A stretch of DNA of 64,000 nucleotides. Origin: Callorhinchus milii. Taxonomy: Eukaryota. The position numbers and the translations under genes are program-made. Under the pieces are notes generated by a model that saw only the letters and a list, made by a program, of their open reading frames with translations, did not search any database and had not been told where the DNA came from. The DNA is taken from assembly GCF_018977255.1 (NCBI RefSeq), contig NW_024704743.1:26166001-26230000 (forward strand), given 5' to 3'. Below are positions 1 to 12,349 of the stretch, in pieces (the stretch's first letter is position 1; each line of letters opens with the position of its first letter).

Positions 1-175
1 CCCGTAGATACAATGCACAAACCCCGATCCTCCTGGAATGGACAGTTCACAAACTGGGATTTTGTTTCACAGCTTCTTAGGAAAAGCAAAAATGTCAGCA
101 ATCTCACCCCTGAGTGTTTTCTAATATAAATTCAACAATAAATGGCAGAGATGGGCTCTCTTCCAAATTAAGAAA

Positions 176-1597
176 ACAATAACAACAAAATTACATTTGT
201 ATAGCGCCTTTGACGTCGGAAGGACGTCCCAAGGCGGTGGACTGACAAGAGTTTCGGACCCAAACTGGGGGTCGGGGTCGGGGTCGGGCAGGGTGGAGGG
301 CATAGGGGGAAGAAGGAAGATTGAAAGCACAGTCGAAGAGGAGGGTCTTGAGGTGGGTCTTGAAGGTGGCAAGGGAGGGGGCGAGGTGGAGGGACTGTGG
401 GATGGGTTCCAGAGGGTGGGGGCAGAGTGGCAGAAGGCCCGCCCGCCAACAGTGGGGAGAGCGAGGCAGGGGATGTGAAGCATGTCGGAGCCCACTGAGC
501 GGAGGGAGCAAGCAGGATGGTAGGGGGTTAGGAGGTCACAGAGATAGGGAGGAGCAGACCATGGAGGGCTGTGAAGGTGAGGACCAGAATCTTGAACTGT
601 ATCCTCTATGTGATGGGAAGCCAGTGGAGTCGGGTGAGGATGGAGGTGATAGGGTTGCAGAGCCTGGTGCAGGAGAGGCCACAGGCTGCAGAGTTCTGGA
701 TGATCTGAAGTCTGTGGAGGGAGGAGTTGGCGAGGCTGACAAGCAATGAGTTTGCATCGTCCAGCCTCGATGTAATGAAAGCGTGTATGAGGGTTTTGGA
801 GGCTTGTGGTGTGAGACAGTGGCGGAGCCCGGTGATGTTGCGGAGGTGGGGGAAGGCAGAGCGAGTCATGGTGCAGATGTAGGGGAGAAAGGATAGTTGA
901 GGGTCAAACAAGATGTCAAGGTTCCACATGTGTCACACTCCCGGCTGAACAAAAAGATTGGGCGTCAAACAGGTCACACAGGTTCCTTACCGGCTCTGTG
1001 AGGTGGAGAGTGCGTCCATGAATAGCGATGCTGTCAGTGCCTGAGGTGAGGAGGCGCTGACGGGAGCCAATCAGGAGAGCCTCGGTCTTGTGGATGTTCA
1101 ACTGAAGAAAGTTAGCTCTCATCCAGGGCTTGAGGTCCGACAGACATTCTGTCAGGACAGCAGTGGTCCTGGAGTCAAGGGTGGAGGCAGAGAGGTAGAG
1201 TTGGGTGTCATCCGCATACATGTGGAAGTTGACCCCATGTCTGTGGATGATATCACCAAGAGGGAGCATCTAGGTATTGAAGAGGAGGGGAGCCCTGAGG
1301 AACGCCGCACAAGACGGTGTGGGGGCTAGAGGAAAAACCGTTGTGGAGATGAAGTGGAGGCGGTGTGAGAGGTATGATCTGAACCAATCAAGGACAGAGC
1401 CGTGAAGGTTGAGGTGAGAGGAGAAGCGGTGGATGAGGATAGAGTGGTCAACGGTGTCGAAGCAGCAGCGAAGTCAAGGAGGATGAGGAGGCAGAGGGAG
1501 CCCTGGTCACAGATGGACAGAATGTCATTTGTCACTTTGACCGGGGCTGCCTCTGTGCTGTGTGCAGCACGGAAACCCGATTGGAGGGGGTCCTCAT
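176..1597 (-). mobile_element. L2-clade LINE, 5'-truncated, frameshifted RT fragment with 3' tail
   Basis: ORF pieces [58 protein letters not shown]. 3' end CCTTGGGACGTCC...GGCGCTATACAAATGTAA followed by (TTG)n. Confidence 0.93.
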
Positions 1598-3749
1598 TTG
1601 ACACTTGACAGTGTGCTCAGAGACACTGTTAATGGGTGCTTATTTTTGGTCAGCTTGGGTCTGACACATGCAGAAAAACATCACCATGCTTAAAAGTATC
1701 CAAACAAAGCAGAGTTCCATGCATCCCACCTATTCATGGCAATTCCAGGGATATTTATTATAATAATATGATAATAATAATCCTTGCATTTGACATAGCG
1801 CTTTTATTATTAGAATGGAATGTGCATCATCTCCCTGGAGGGATGTATTCTGCTTACCAAATTCCACAGGTTGGCAATAGTCAAAGTTTCAGGACCCCAG
1901 AGTGTGCTTTGGAGAACTGCTAGAGTCTAACCAGCGAAAAACACATCGCTTGCTATTGAATGCACTGTCTGGCAATCTTTCCCACTGCTTGTCTAGCCAG
2001 GAACACCCATCCTCCAAATAAAATTGGTCACTCACTCACATGGCTGTTTGTGGGTGTGCGCAAACTGGCTGCCGTGTTTCGTCCACAAATTACACAGTCA
2101 GTCCATTTTACAGTGTATCCTATGAAGCGTTTTGAGACACCTCGACAACATGATAAGCAATATCAAGGATTACTATTATTTAATTAGCCATTCCCCTCAT
2201 GGTTGTTTGTGGGAGGTTCATGATGCAGATGACTCCTATTTTTGCTTACAAAAATTATGATTAAACCTGAGCGAAATAGCTTGTGATGAGCTTCGAAATA
2301 GTTTGATGTACATAAAGCACTATAAAAATGCAACATCTCCCTTTCTCTCTCTCTTTCTCTCACTCTCTTTGTGCTTCAGCTTTCTGTTGAACAATAATAA
2401 TCCTTGCAGTTGATCACGTCTTCGAGACGTCTCAAAGGACTTCACAGAATATACTGTAAAGTGAATTGACTGTACAGTTTGTGGGCGAAACAAAGCTAAA
2501 TTTAATGCTAAGTTTCAAACTGAAAGGTTATCTGAGGGTCAGTTCAGTCCCCAGCAGGCCAGAGAAAGCAATAACTTGATCCCTTTTGAGCCTTTTGGTA
2601 GCAGATTTTTCTGACTTATCCTTCCTCTGATCTTTCAACATAACTTCAGATCTCTTGCTTGCACTGGAGAATTTTGCTCCTTGTGAACGATTTATCTTGT
2701 GCATAGATCACAGAGTTAGGCTGATACTCCAGAAAGGGCATTGTATTGTCATCCTTCAGATGAGATGTTAAACCGAGGTCCTGACTGTCTGTTCAGGTGG
2801 CACTATTTGAAAAGTTTCTTGTGTGCTCGCCAACAATCCCCCAAATAAAACTGATGGTTCTCTCCATAGTTGTTTAAAAAGAACATTGCTGTGTGCCAAT
2901 TGGCGGATGCATTCACCCCCCACCCTCTCACCCCCCAAAAAATATGATACACTTCACAGCAAATGCTTTTCAATGCTGTCTCGATGTGAAAGGCAGTATA
3001 TTAAAGGCAAAGGATTATATTTTTTGTGATAAATCTTGTTGCAATGAAGTCACTTTCAGTAAGTTTTGTTGTTTAACCTAGCGTAACCTTTCTTTAATGA
3101 GCCTTTGAAATATTGTCCCAGAGGCTCTTGTCTTCATAAACCTAATCCAGATGTATATTCAGCACTTGCTGACCTGACCTTGCTCACCACTGATATCTTT
3201 CCTTGTCTCTTGCTTTTTATGTTGTATATAATAATAACATAGAGCTTTATCACGACATCCAAACGTCTCAAAGCTCTTCACAGAATTTTACTATGAAATC
3301 TAGTGACTATTTTATAAGCAAATATGTTGTTTCCATCCAGAAGACTGAAGACTTGGCATTGGTAAACCGTGGGAGCCAATTTCCAATTAGAGACCGAGTC
3401 TCCTTTTCCATTACAGGTCACGGGTTTATCCATTAACTCACTTTATGTTTTTCCGTCGCCTCAAAATTACAGTAAAAGAATGACTTTTCCAGCCTTGGTT
3501 TTTAATTAAGTCGTCCTTTGCAATTCAAAGGAGTTAGACAGTATTTTTTAGAGTGATGGCACTGATCCAAAAGAGACAAACTAGCTTCAGCAGTCAACAT
3601 TTACCAAGTACAAAGGATTGTATATGCTTGTATATCATTATCCCCTCTCCTCGTCCCGTGCCACCCCACACCTAGGAGTTTTGATATTTCACTCATGAGT
3701 AAATATACTTCATCTAAACACCATAGATGGAATACACAATATAAATATT

Positions 3750-6070
3750 ACAACAACAACAGCAAGATTACATTTGTATAGCGTCTTTCACATCGGGAGG
3801 ATGTCCCAAGGCGCTGGACAGTGTACAGCATTTCAGACCTGAGCTGGGGTCAGGTGGGAGAAGGGAGGGGAGGGGAAGAGGGGTGGCTGATGGCATGGTC
3901 GAAGAGGAGGGTTTTGAGGTGGGACTTGAAGGAGGCTAAGGAGGGGACAAGGCGGAGTGATTGGGGGATGGAATTCCAGAGGTTGGGGGCAGAGTGGCTG
4001 AAGGCTCTCCTGCTGATGGTGGGGCGGGTGGGTCGGGAGATGTGGAGCAGGCCAGAGCCGGCTGAGCAGAGGGAGCAGGCGGGTTGGTAGAAGGTTAGGA
4101 GGTCACAGAGGTAGGGTGTGGCGAGGCCATGGAGGGCTTTGTAGGTGAGGATCAGGACCTTGAACTGAATCCTCTGAAGGATAGGGAACCAGTGGAGTTG
4201 AGCGAGAAAGGGGGAGATGGGGTCATGGAGTTTGGTGCGGGAGAGGACATGGGCTGCAGAGTACTGGATTATCTGCAACGTGTGGAGGGAGGAGTTGGGA
4301 AGGCCGACAAACAGGTTGTTTGCATAGTCGAGCCTGAAGGTGATGAAGGCATGAACAAGAGTTTCAGTGGCCTGAGGGGTGAGCTAGTGGCGGAGTCGGG
4401 CGATGTTACGGAGGTGAGGGAAGGCAGAGCGGGTCATGGCTTGGATGTGGGGAAGAAGAGACAGTTGAGGGTCGAACAAGACACCGAGGTTCCTGACTGG
4501 TGGTGAGATGTAGTGTGCAACCATGGAGGTTGATGTTGCCAGAGCCTGAGGTGCAGAGGCACTGACGTGAGCCAATCAGAAGGGCCTCAGTCTTGTTCAC
4601 ATTCAACTGTAGGAAATTTGCCCTCATCCAGGACTTGATGTCCGACAGACAGTCTGTCAGGACAGCAGTGGTCCTGGAGTTGAGGGTGGGGGCAGAAAGA
4701 TAGAGTTGGGTGTCATCCGCATACATGTGGAAGTTGACCCCATAATAATAATAATAATCCTTGCATTTGATATAGCGCTTTTTATGTCTTCTAGACGTCT
4801 CAAAGCGCTTTACAGAATAGACTGTAAAGTGAATTGATTGTATATTTGTGGGCGAAACGTGGCAGCCAATTGCACACAGCAGTGTCCCACAAACAGTCGT
4901 GGATTGAAAATGACCAATTTATTATTGTTTTGTTTTTAGAGGGATTATTATTAGGTGTGTGGAGTAAGGAAACTTGCCCACGGTTTCGCCCTGCCTGGAA
5001 TTGAACCCAGGCGTCTCGCTTGCAAAACGAGTGCTCTAACCACTGAGCTACAGGACTCCTTGTCTGCCGATGATGACACCAAGGGGGAGATATTAAAGAG
5101 GAGAGGACCAAGGACAGAGCCAGACGTGACAGTGCGGAGGAGAAACCATTAGAGGCAACAAAGTGGAGATGGTGAGAGAGATAGGAATCGAACCAGGCAA
5201 GGGCAGGTCCGCGAAGATTAAGTAAAGAGGAGAGGCGGTGTATGAGGATGGAGTGGTCGACAGTGTCAAAGGAGGCAGAGAGATCGAGGAGGACAAGGAG
5301 GCAGAGGGAGCCCTGATCACAGATGTTCAGAATGTCAATAGTGACTTTGACCAGGGCCGAGTCCGTGCTGTGGGCAGCGCGGAAGCCGGATTGGAGGGGT
5401 TCAAAGAGGGAATGGCGAGAAAGAAAGGAGCAGAGCTGGGACGCAACAACTCGTTCTAGAACCCTGGGGAGGAATGGGAGGTTAGAGATGGGGCAGTAGC
5501 TGAGAGGAGGGATAGGTCCAGGGAAGGTTTTTGGGGGATGGGTTGATGACGGCTGTTTTTAGGAGGGTGGGAACTGAACTGGTGGACAAGGAGAGGTTGA
5601 TGATGTCGTACAGGAGAGGCGCCAGAAGGTGGAGCTGGGAGATGAGGAGAGAGGTGGGGATTAGATTGAGGGAGCAGATGGTAGGTTTGAGTTTGCGAAC
5701 AGTCGCGGTGAGGGAGGAGGGAGAGATAGGATCGAAGGAGTGTAGGGGGGAATGGATGGGAGGTGGGTCATGAGCGACAGGTGATGTGGGGGTGGCGGTG
5801 AATGGGGCAGAGGTGGCTGAACGTATCCCCTCGATTTTGGATTTGAGGAAGTCCAGCATCTCCTCACAGTTGGAGTTTGAGGAGAGGATAGGCGAGGCAT
5901 GGGAAGATGGATGGAGGAGAAGGTTTGTGGTGGAAAAGAGAAGCCTGGGGTTGTCATTTGCCTCCAAGATAACCTTGGAGTAGAAGGAGGATTTGGCAGA
6001 GACAAGAGCGCAGTGGTAGGTCTTGGTATGGTGAAGCCAAATCTGCTGATGGCCCATTAGTTTGGATTTG
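3750..6070 (-). mobile_element. L2-clade LINE (ORF2 linker + RT + 3' tail), interrupted by a SINE
   Basis: AKSSFYSKVILEANDNPRLLFST linker, [21 protein letters not shown] and (TTG)n tail. A SINE is inserted at 4744-5059. Confidence 0.93.
4744..5059 (-). mobile_element. tRNA-derived Deu-domain SINE with L2-like tail (young family)
   Basis: Head GGAGTCCTGTAGCTCAGTGGTTAGAGC, core TGTTTGTGGGACACTGCTGTGTGCAATTGGCTGCC, (TTA)n tail. Near-identical to the copies at 42686, 52134, 55894 and 60931. Confidence 0.92.
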
Positions 6071-6921
6071 GTCCAGGCGCGTTAATCACCAGGTCAAGGG
6101 GGTGGTCACAGTCGTAGGTGGGGGAGTGGATGAGGAGGGACAGTTAGTGGTGGGAGTGTGGGGGAGATGAGGGGTGGGAGGGGATGGGTAGACGGGTTGG
6201 ATGGGGATGTGAGTGAGGGCCGAAAGGTTGGCTCCCGTGGGTGAGGGCCGGTGGGCCTTGTGGCGAGAGTGGGGGAAGGGGCAGTCAGGGTGGGTGCTGT
6301 AGGACAGCTGACGGCATCTACCACGGTGGGCATGATGGAGAATGTGAAGGGAGGAGCAGAGGGAGGCCGTGGGGGAATCGAGGAGGGATAGGAGTCGGGT
6401 AAGTCACCTTTCTATCACCTCTTTGGAATAGAATAACAACAGTTTACACTGTATGATGACTTTGGGTGATCAATTCAAAGGGCTTTACAAAGACTGAGCA
6501 GAAGTCAGCACAGAGAGGGTGGTGGGTGAAAACATTGTCAAAGAGGTAGGAATGAAAGCAGAGAAGAGGGTGAGGTAAAGGGATTTGGTGAGAGTTTGTC
6601 TGCTGATGGATGAGTGGAGGCATATAACTGACCAGAGTTTGCGGATGAAGGGAGGCGGCCAGGGTAGGCAGTAGATTTGCAATTGTTTGCAGAAAATTAG
6701 GGTGGTGCACAATGAAAGTATTTGAATGTGAGGATGAGGTAGGTTGATCACTGATAAGTAGATGAATGAGGGTGATAGACTCCACGCTACACAAGGTGAG
6801 GTGATTCATGTAACTTTTAATGGCTTGTGATTTGTGTCTGATAGCAAATAGAGGTATCAAACGCTTTCATATTAACTGAGGTGTCACTTCAAATGTTAAC
6901 CGTGCATCATAATAGTCCTTA

Positions 6922-7293
6922 ATAATCTTTGCAGTTGATAGTACTGCCTTATCACATCTTCAAGACGTCTCAAAGCGCTTTACAGAATATACTGTGAAGT
7001 GAATTGACTGTATATTTTGTGGGCGAAATGCAGCAGCCAATTGCGCGCAGCAGTGTCCAACAAACAATCGTTGCTCTTAAGTGACCAATTGGTTATTATT
7101 AATACTTTTGAAGGAAGTATTACCCCCGGAAAAGCGATCTGCCAATCAACTAAAACTGGGTTCCTACTTACTGCTAGGTAGACAGAGACATGTGGAGTAA
7201 GGAAACTTGCCCAACATTTCGCCCTGTTGGGAATCGAACCCAGGTCTCTCGCTTGCAAAGGCCAGGGCTCTGACCACTGAGCTATAGGGCTCC
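6922..7293 (-). mobile_element. tRNA-Deu SINE, longer subfamily
   Basis: Same head, core and tail, plus an extra internal segment (CCTAGCAGTAAGTAGGAAC...TTGATTGGC) shared with the copies at 17320, 30686, 39962 and 57794. Confidence 0.88.
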
Positions 7294-7594
7294 ACATCAC
7301 AAAAGTGGAAGGAAAAATCACGTAAAGTTACAAAGAATGGATTCTACTGAACCCCGACTTAGCCGGTCCAATGGGGAGATCCAATTCGGTGATCGGAATT
7401 TCCAGCTAAATGTAATTTACAATGCCGATACCTTTACTGGCCTTTACTACTGACTTTTTTTCAGTACTAATAACTGTCGGTAAATGCCGGTACCAACATT
7501 GTAATTGTTTGAATCCCAAGAGCAGAGAATAGCGAATAAGCTATCTTCTGCTCGTGGGATTTAAACTGAGCCCAAAAAATTGTTTTGGAGGAGT

Positions 7595-8085
7595 CGGCTG
7601 GGTATCTGACACATGCGGAAACCCATCACCATGCCATTTGGCATCCAAACCAAACTGAGAATTTGATACATCCCATCTACACGTGGAATTTCCAGAGATG
7701 GAGCATTGGAATGGAATGCGCACTCTCTCCCTTGAGGGAAGCATCCTGTTCACCCAATTCTGGAAAGTATTAGGCCCAGGTTGGCAAGAGCCAAGGCTTG
7801 GGGACCCTAGAGTGTGCTGTACGCTGGCGGGGTACTGCTGGAGTCTAACCAGCTCAAACCGCATACCTTGTCATTGATATTGTTGTCTGGCAAAGCTTTC
7901 CCACTGCTTGTTCAGCTCGGATCACCCTACCTATTAGGAATTGGCTTGCTGAGTTAACAGGAGCTGAGTGGGATGGCTCCCTATCCCAAGTCAAAATCCC
8001 TAGCCACTGAAGGCCAGCAAACACAGTGAGGTGGGGGCGTCTGCCAGCAGAGTGGCCCAGCAGGAATTTACCAGCACCCAGAATT
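7595..8085 (+). repeat. Unclassified old dispersed repeat (longest local copy)
   Basis: Aligns by eye with 1720-2010(+), 14610-14840(+), 29612-29720(-) and 56520-56850(-). Shared motifs include CCAATTCTGGAAAGTATT, CAGGTTGGCAAG, CTGCTGGAGTCTAACCA and GTTAACAGGAGCTGAGTGGG. Confidence 0.75.
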
Positions 8086-9122
8086 TTAATTTTATTTTCT
8101 GTTTCGGAATTCCAGATACCTGGAGTTTGGTAAGTCCGGTGGGGGTGGGGGGTATTTACTGTATGTATAAACCATGGCACGTAGTTATAGGGTAGATACA
8201 CACAGGATATCCTGACTTTGAAAGTCAGTTTCTGTGATCTTTCAGTTTTTTTAAAAAAACAATCTTAAGAAAAACTTCTCAAAACTTCTAGTATGCGGAT
8301 ACTGAAACCATAACATTTAAAAGGGTATTGGCTAAATACTGAAGAGAAAGAATAGAAAAAGGGGTGGGGGGGGGGGAGAGAGAGTATGAAATTGGGTTTG
8401 GAGAATATTGTACCAGTGGAAAGTTGGCACCAAAAATGGTTTAAATGGCCTTTTCTATGCACTTTCTGAAATGTGTTTATATTGAATAACCATTGTTGTA
8501 TTGTACACAAAATGTATTATGCATTAAAATCTTAGATACAGCATTGAAGACTTTACCGGGTTGATGAGGGGTCATGGATAGTATGTCAAACACACTTAAC
8601 ATAAGTGCTGTTTATGTAAAAATGATGTTGTCCAATCTATATGGGACCATATTAAAACAGTTAGGAGAAGGATTTCTTCCAGTGAAAGCATCATTGAAAC
8701 TCCTTTAACGTTTGTGCTGTGGCTTCGGTTGAAATTGACTTCAAATTGGTGTCTCGGTGAGGAATCAGGAAACTGTTCCAAGAACTGCAGGTGGAAAATT
8801 CCACAGTATTCCTGTCCCCTTGTGGATTGGATCCCAAGCTTTCTCCACATCGACAGGAACAGATTTCTTGGTCAAATGCCCAAACCACAAGTGAATAGAA
8901 ATAGAGGCGTATATATTTATTGTTAACAACAAATGACTTGTTTGGAACTGTAAAACCATTCTTTTCGTCTTAGCTCTGACTCGAGGAGGATCTGTAACGT
9001 TAGTCGGACCTTATATTAATACAAATATACCGCACCTTCCAGTCATTTGCGATTTATTTTTTTAAGTGTTGTAAGTTTATGCTCGGTTTATGTAATCGAG
9101 ATCCGAGAAAGACAAATGACAG

Positions 9123-9983
9123 ACGTGGGTGTGGGTGTGAAAGTGTGTGTGTGTGACTGAGTGTCTGTGTGTGGGGGTGGGAGTGAGTGTGTGGGGGTTG
9201 GAGAGAGTGAGTGTGAGAGTGAGTGAGTGTGTGTGGGTGAGAGTGAGTGTGTGCAAGTGTGAGTGAGTGAGTGTGTGTGGGTGAGAGTGAGTGAGTGTGA
9301 GTGTGTGCAAGTGAGAGTGAGTGTGTGCAAGTGTGAGTAAGTGTGTGTGGGTGAGAGTGAGTGTGTGAGCTAGTGAGTGTGTATGTGAATGAGTGAATGT
9401 GTATGTGAGTGAGTGAGTGTGTATGTGAGTGAGTGTGTGGGTTGGATGTGGGAGAGAGAGAGAGCGAGAGAAAGAGAAAGTAAAAGTGTATGATTTCTGC
9501 AAAAAAAAGCTTTCCTGCATCAGAGAGGGTGAGAGAGGGGGTGGGGTGGGGTGGTGGGTGTGTATGTGGGGGGAGTGGGTGGGGGGTGTATGTGGTGGTG
9601 GGTGTGTATGTGTGGGTGTGTGTGGGGGGTGTATGTGGTGGGTGTGTATGTGGGTGTGTGTATGTGGGTGTGTGTGTGTGGTGGTGGGTGTGTGTGTGGG
9701 GGTGTGTGTGTGGGGGGTGTATATGGTGGGGTGTGTGTGTGGGGGGTGTATGTGGTGGGGTGTGTGTGGGGGGGTGTATGTGGTGGTGGGGGGTGTGGTG
9801 GTGGTGGCTGTGTGTGGGGGTGTGTGGGGGGTGTGTGTGGTGGTGGGTGTGTATGTGGTGGTGGGGTGTGGGGGGTGTATGTGGTGGTGGGTGTGTGTGT
9901 GGTGTGTGGGGGTGTGTGGGGGGGTGTGTGGTGGTGGGTGTGTATGTGGTGGTGGGTGTGTGTGTGGTGGGGGGGGGTGTGTG
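9123..9983 (+). repeat. GT/GAGT/GGT low-complexity microsatellite block
   Basis: Seen directly. It produces the spurious VCG-rich and THT-rich ORFs. Confidence 0.97.
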
Positions 9984-10008
9984 NNNNNNNNNNNNNNNNN
10001 NNNNNNNN
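9984..10008. other. Assembly gap (25 N)
   Basis: Run of n characters next to the low-complexity block. Confidence 0.99.
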
Positions 10009-10397
10009 AACTTTATATGGGGATTATTGACCAGGACATTAGGGGAAACTCTCAGCTTATCATGAACATTTAGTGTTATGGTGTTAATTAGGTCCTTTCC
10101 CTGAGCACATTTGGTTTGTGGTGTTATAATTGATGATATTGCACATTGCTATCAATTGGGAAGATATCAACTTGATATTACAGAATCGTAAAGAAAGCCT
10201 TGAAGCCCGGACGAGTTTTAAAAAATCTGTGTGCTTTAATTTGCTATTGTGAGTCAAATATTCATCACTTTGCAAAATAAATAATATCCACAAAAGTACG
10301 ATTTTAAAACCCTCGTCAAACACCTCAACCATCTTTTGCTATTTTAATCCGCTTTAATACACTTTTTGTATCCTTTCTTCCAGTAGCTGAGAGCACA

Positions 10398-10714
10398 ATG
10401 GCTGACCATAAAGCCAACATGGTAAAAGGAGCAGCAGGAAAGCCACCCATCAGAGCTCAGAGCGAACATGCAAACGAGAAAGTAGCTAAAAGATCTGTGT
10501 CCGATTCCAACGGTACCAATGGCGGGGCAACTGCACCTAGTGAATTAAGTGCCCTTGAAGAGGCCTTTAGGAAATTTGCCGTTCATGGAGACACCAGAGC
10601 CACAGGAAAAGAAATGCATGGGAAAAACTGGTCAAAATTATGTAAAGACTGCAACGTCATAGACGGAAAGAATGTGACCATTACAGATGTTGACATTGTG
10701 TTTTCCAAAGTCAA
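10398..10714 (+). CDS. TPPP: TPPP/p25alpha, first coding exon (MADHK...[10 protein letters not shown])
   Basis: Translation contains [56 protein letters not shown], the p25alpha domain start with the His/His/Cys/Cys Zn-binding pattern. The extended N-tail is typical of TPPP1. Kozak context ACAATGG, upstream polypyrimidine tract plus CAG/TAG acceptor (10381-10386), donor AA|GTATGT at 10715 (phase 2). Confidence 0.97.
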
Positions 10715-12349
10715 GTATGTTCTTCATCTGCTGTTCTATGAATTATGTCTTTTTTTGAATTGTTGCTTTCATCTGTACTCTACTCACCGCTTTATTTTTC
10801 TTATGTGTTTTTATTTTTTTTAATCGAACCCTTGTCATTTGCTCTTTTCAACTCCCCACCTCCCCCCCCCATGGAATGCTGGAAAAATTCTTCTAGGATT
10901 GTTACAGTGCAACCAAATGTATAAATATTGTGGGCTAGGGCATAAATTTTCCAATAGTTTACGCTGTCTTGTGTGATCCAACAGGATCTTGTGTATGATA
11001 AGTGCCTAGTTCAGCTCTATAGAATTTGTATTAACCCTCCCATTTCCAGAGGCTTCAGGAATTGTATTTAGTGGGAAATTACATACCTGCTCAAATTGAG
11101 CCAAAAAGAGTGAAATATTTCAAGATACCTTAGATATTAAAGCCTAGTTGCTTTCATGTATTTATGCACTAAGTGATGCCAATCACGAAAAAAAGCATGA
11201 GGCTCAGTGAGAAGTGTATGTATGTGAGTGTGTGATGGTTTCTTTGCTCTATCAACCGTTGGCACCTGATCCTTAATCATTCCTCAACAAGTAAGATGGT
11301 AGAGCTCATGTATATTGGCCAAATAGAGCTGAAAAAATGAGTGGTCTGCTGGGCTTGACGAGACAACCATGAATGTGTCCTATGTGCCAACTCTTATTCC
11401 AAAGTTTCTTAATAACCCAGTTTCTGAAAGCTCCAAGCATAATTGTGGCACTTTCTATAGTTCATCTATTTTCATTTACTTCACGAACATCGTAGCTTTG
11501 GGCAGGTAGCTCATCCTAATGCTGATGATAAATCATTAAAAATAAAGTCCTTGCATTTTCATATAGCACATTTCACATTGGGAAGACATGTCAAAGCGCT
11601 TCACAAAATGTGCTGTAAAGTTTAGTGACTATTTTGCCCCGAAAGGCACAGAGTTGATGACACATAGAACAATAAATTGTACTTGACTAAGTGAATCATA
11701 CAGCTCAGATATAATATCTTGACTCAGCAACTATTTGGTGGGAGGTGGAGAATTAAGTCATTACCTCATAGTTCATTGATTAATGGCATGGGTGGTTACT
11801 AGTCAACATTTGTGTCTGTCATTGTTGTCAAGCAATTTTGTACATTGCTCACAGTTTCAGTCCTTGATGGCTCTCAGTGTTATGAGTGGTTACAAAGCAA
11901 TGCTTCTGTGAGCTCATTCCACGCCAGTAGCAGCTTGCACTATTTTGTTGTCTTAAGTTTAATCCTGAAATGTCCTGAATTTCCAGGATAATCTCATAGT
12001 GCATTCCTTAATGCCCTGCATTCTAGACTGCTTCAGTTTTGTTTCAAAATAACAGCAGTAACTTGCATTGATATAACTTCCTTCACACAGGGCAGGGTCT
12101 TGGAGCGTTTAACTGTGATGGTGATGGGCCTGGTGATGGGTCATGAGATACAGGTGTCGGCTGGTAACCATTATAATGCTATTTATAATTATGCCATAAT
12201 AAGATGTACTATGAGGTAATTACTTATTTCTCCCCCTCCAATCATCACTAAATCCTTTCGTGGTACACTCTATTTTTGTGTTTTGGTTTAGGTGATTGTA
12301 GTGAAGGGTGCTTCAAATGTATGTTGAAACCCGCACTGAATGTACACCC

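Noticed and set aside
8590..8960. Overlapping short ORFs, possibly an L1/Tx1 remnant or an exon
   Set aside because: No diagnostic motif or consistent splice signals could be established.
9077..10073. Long Cys/Val/Gly-rich and His/Thr-rich ORFs
   Set aside because: They are translations of GT microsatellite; the longer + strand ones run across an N gap.
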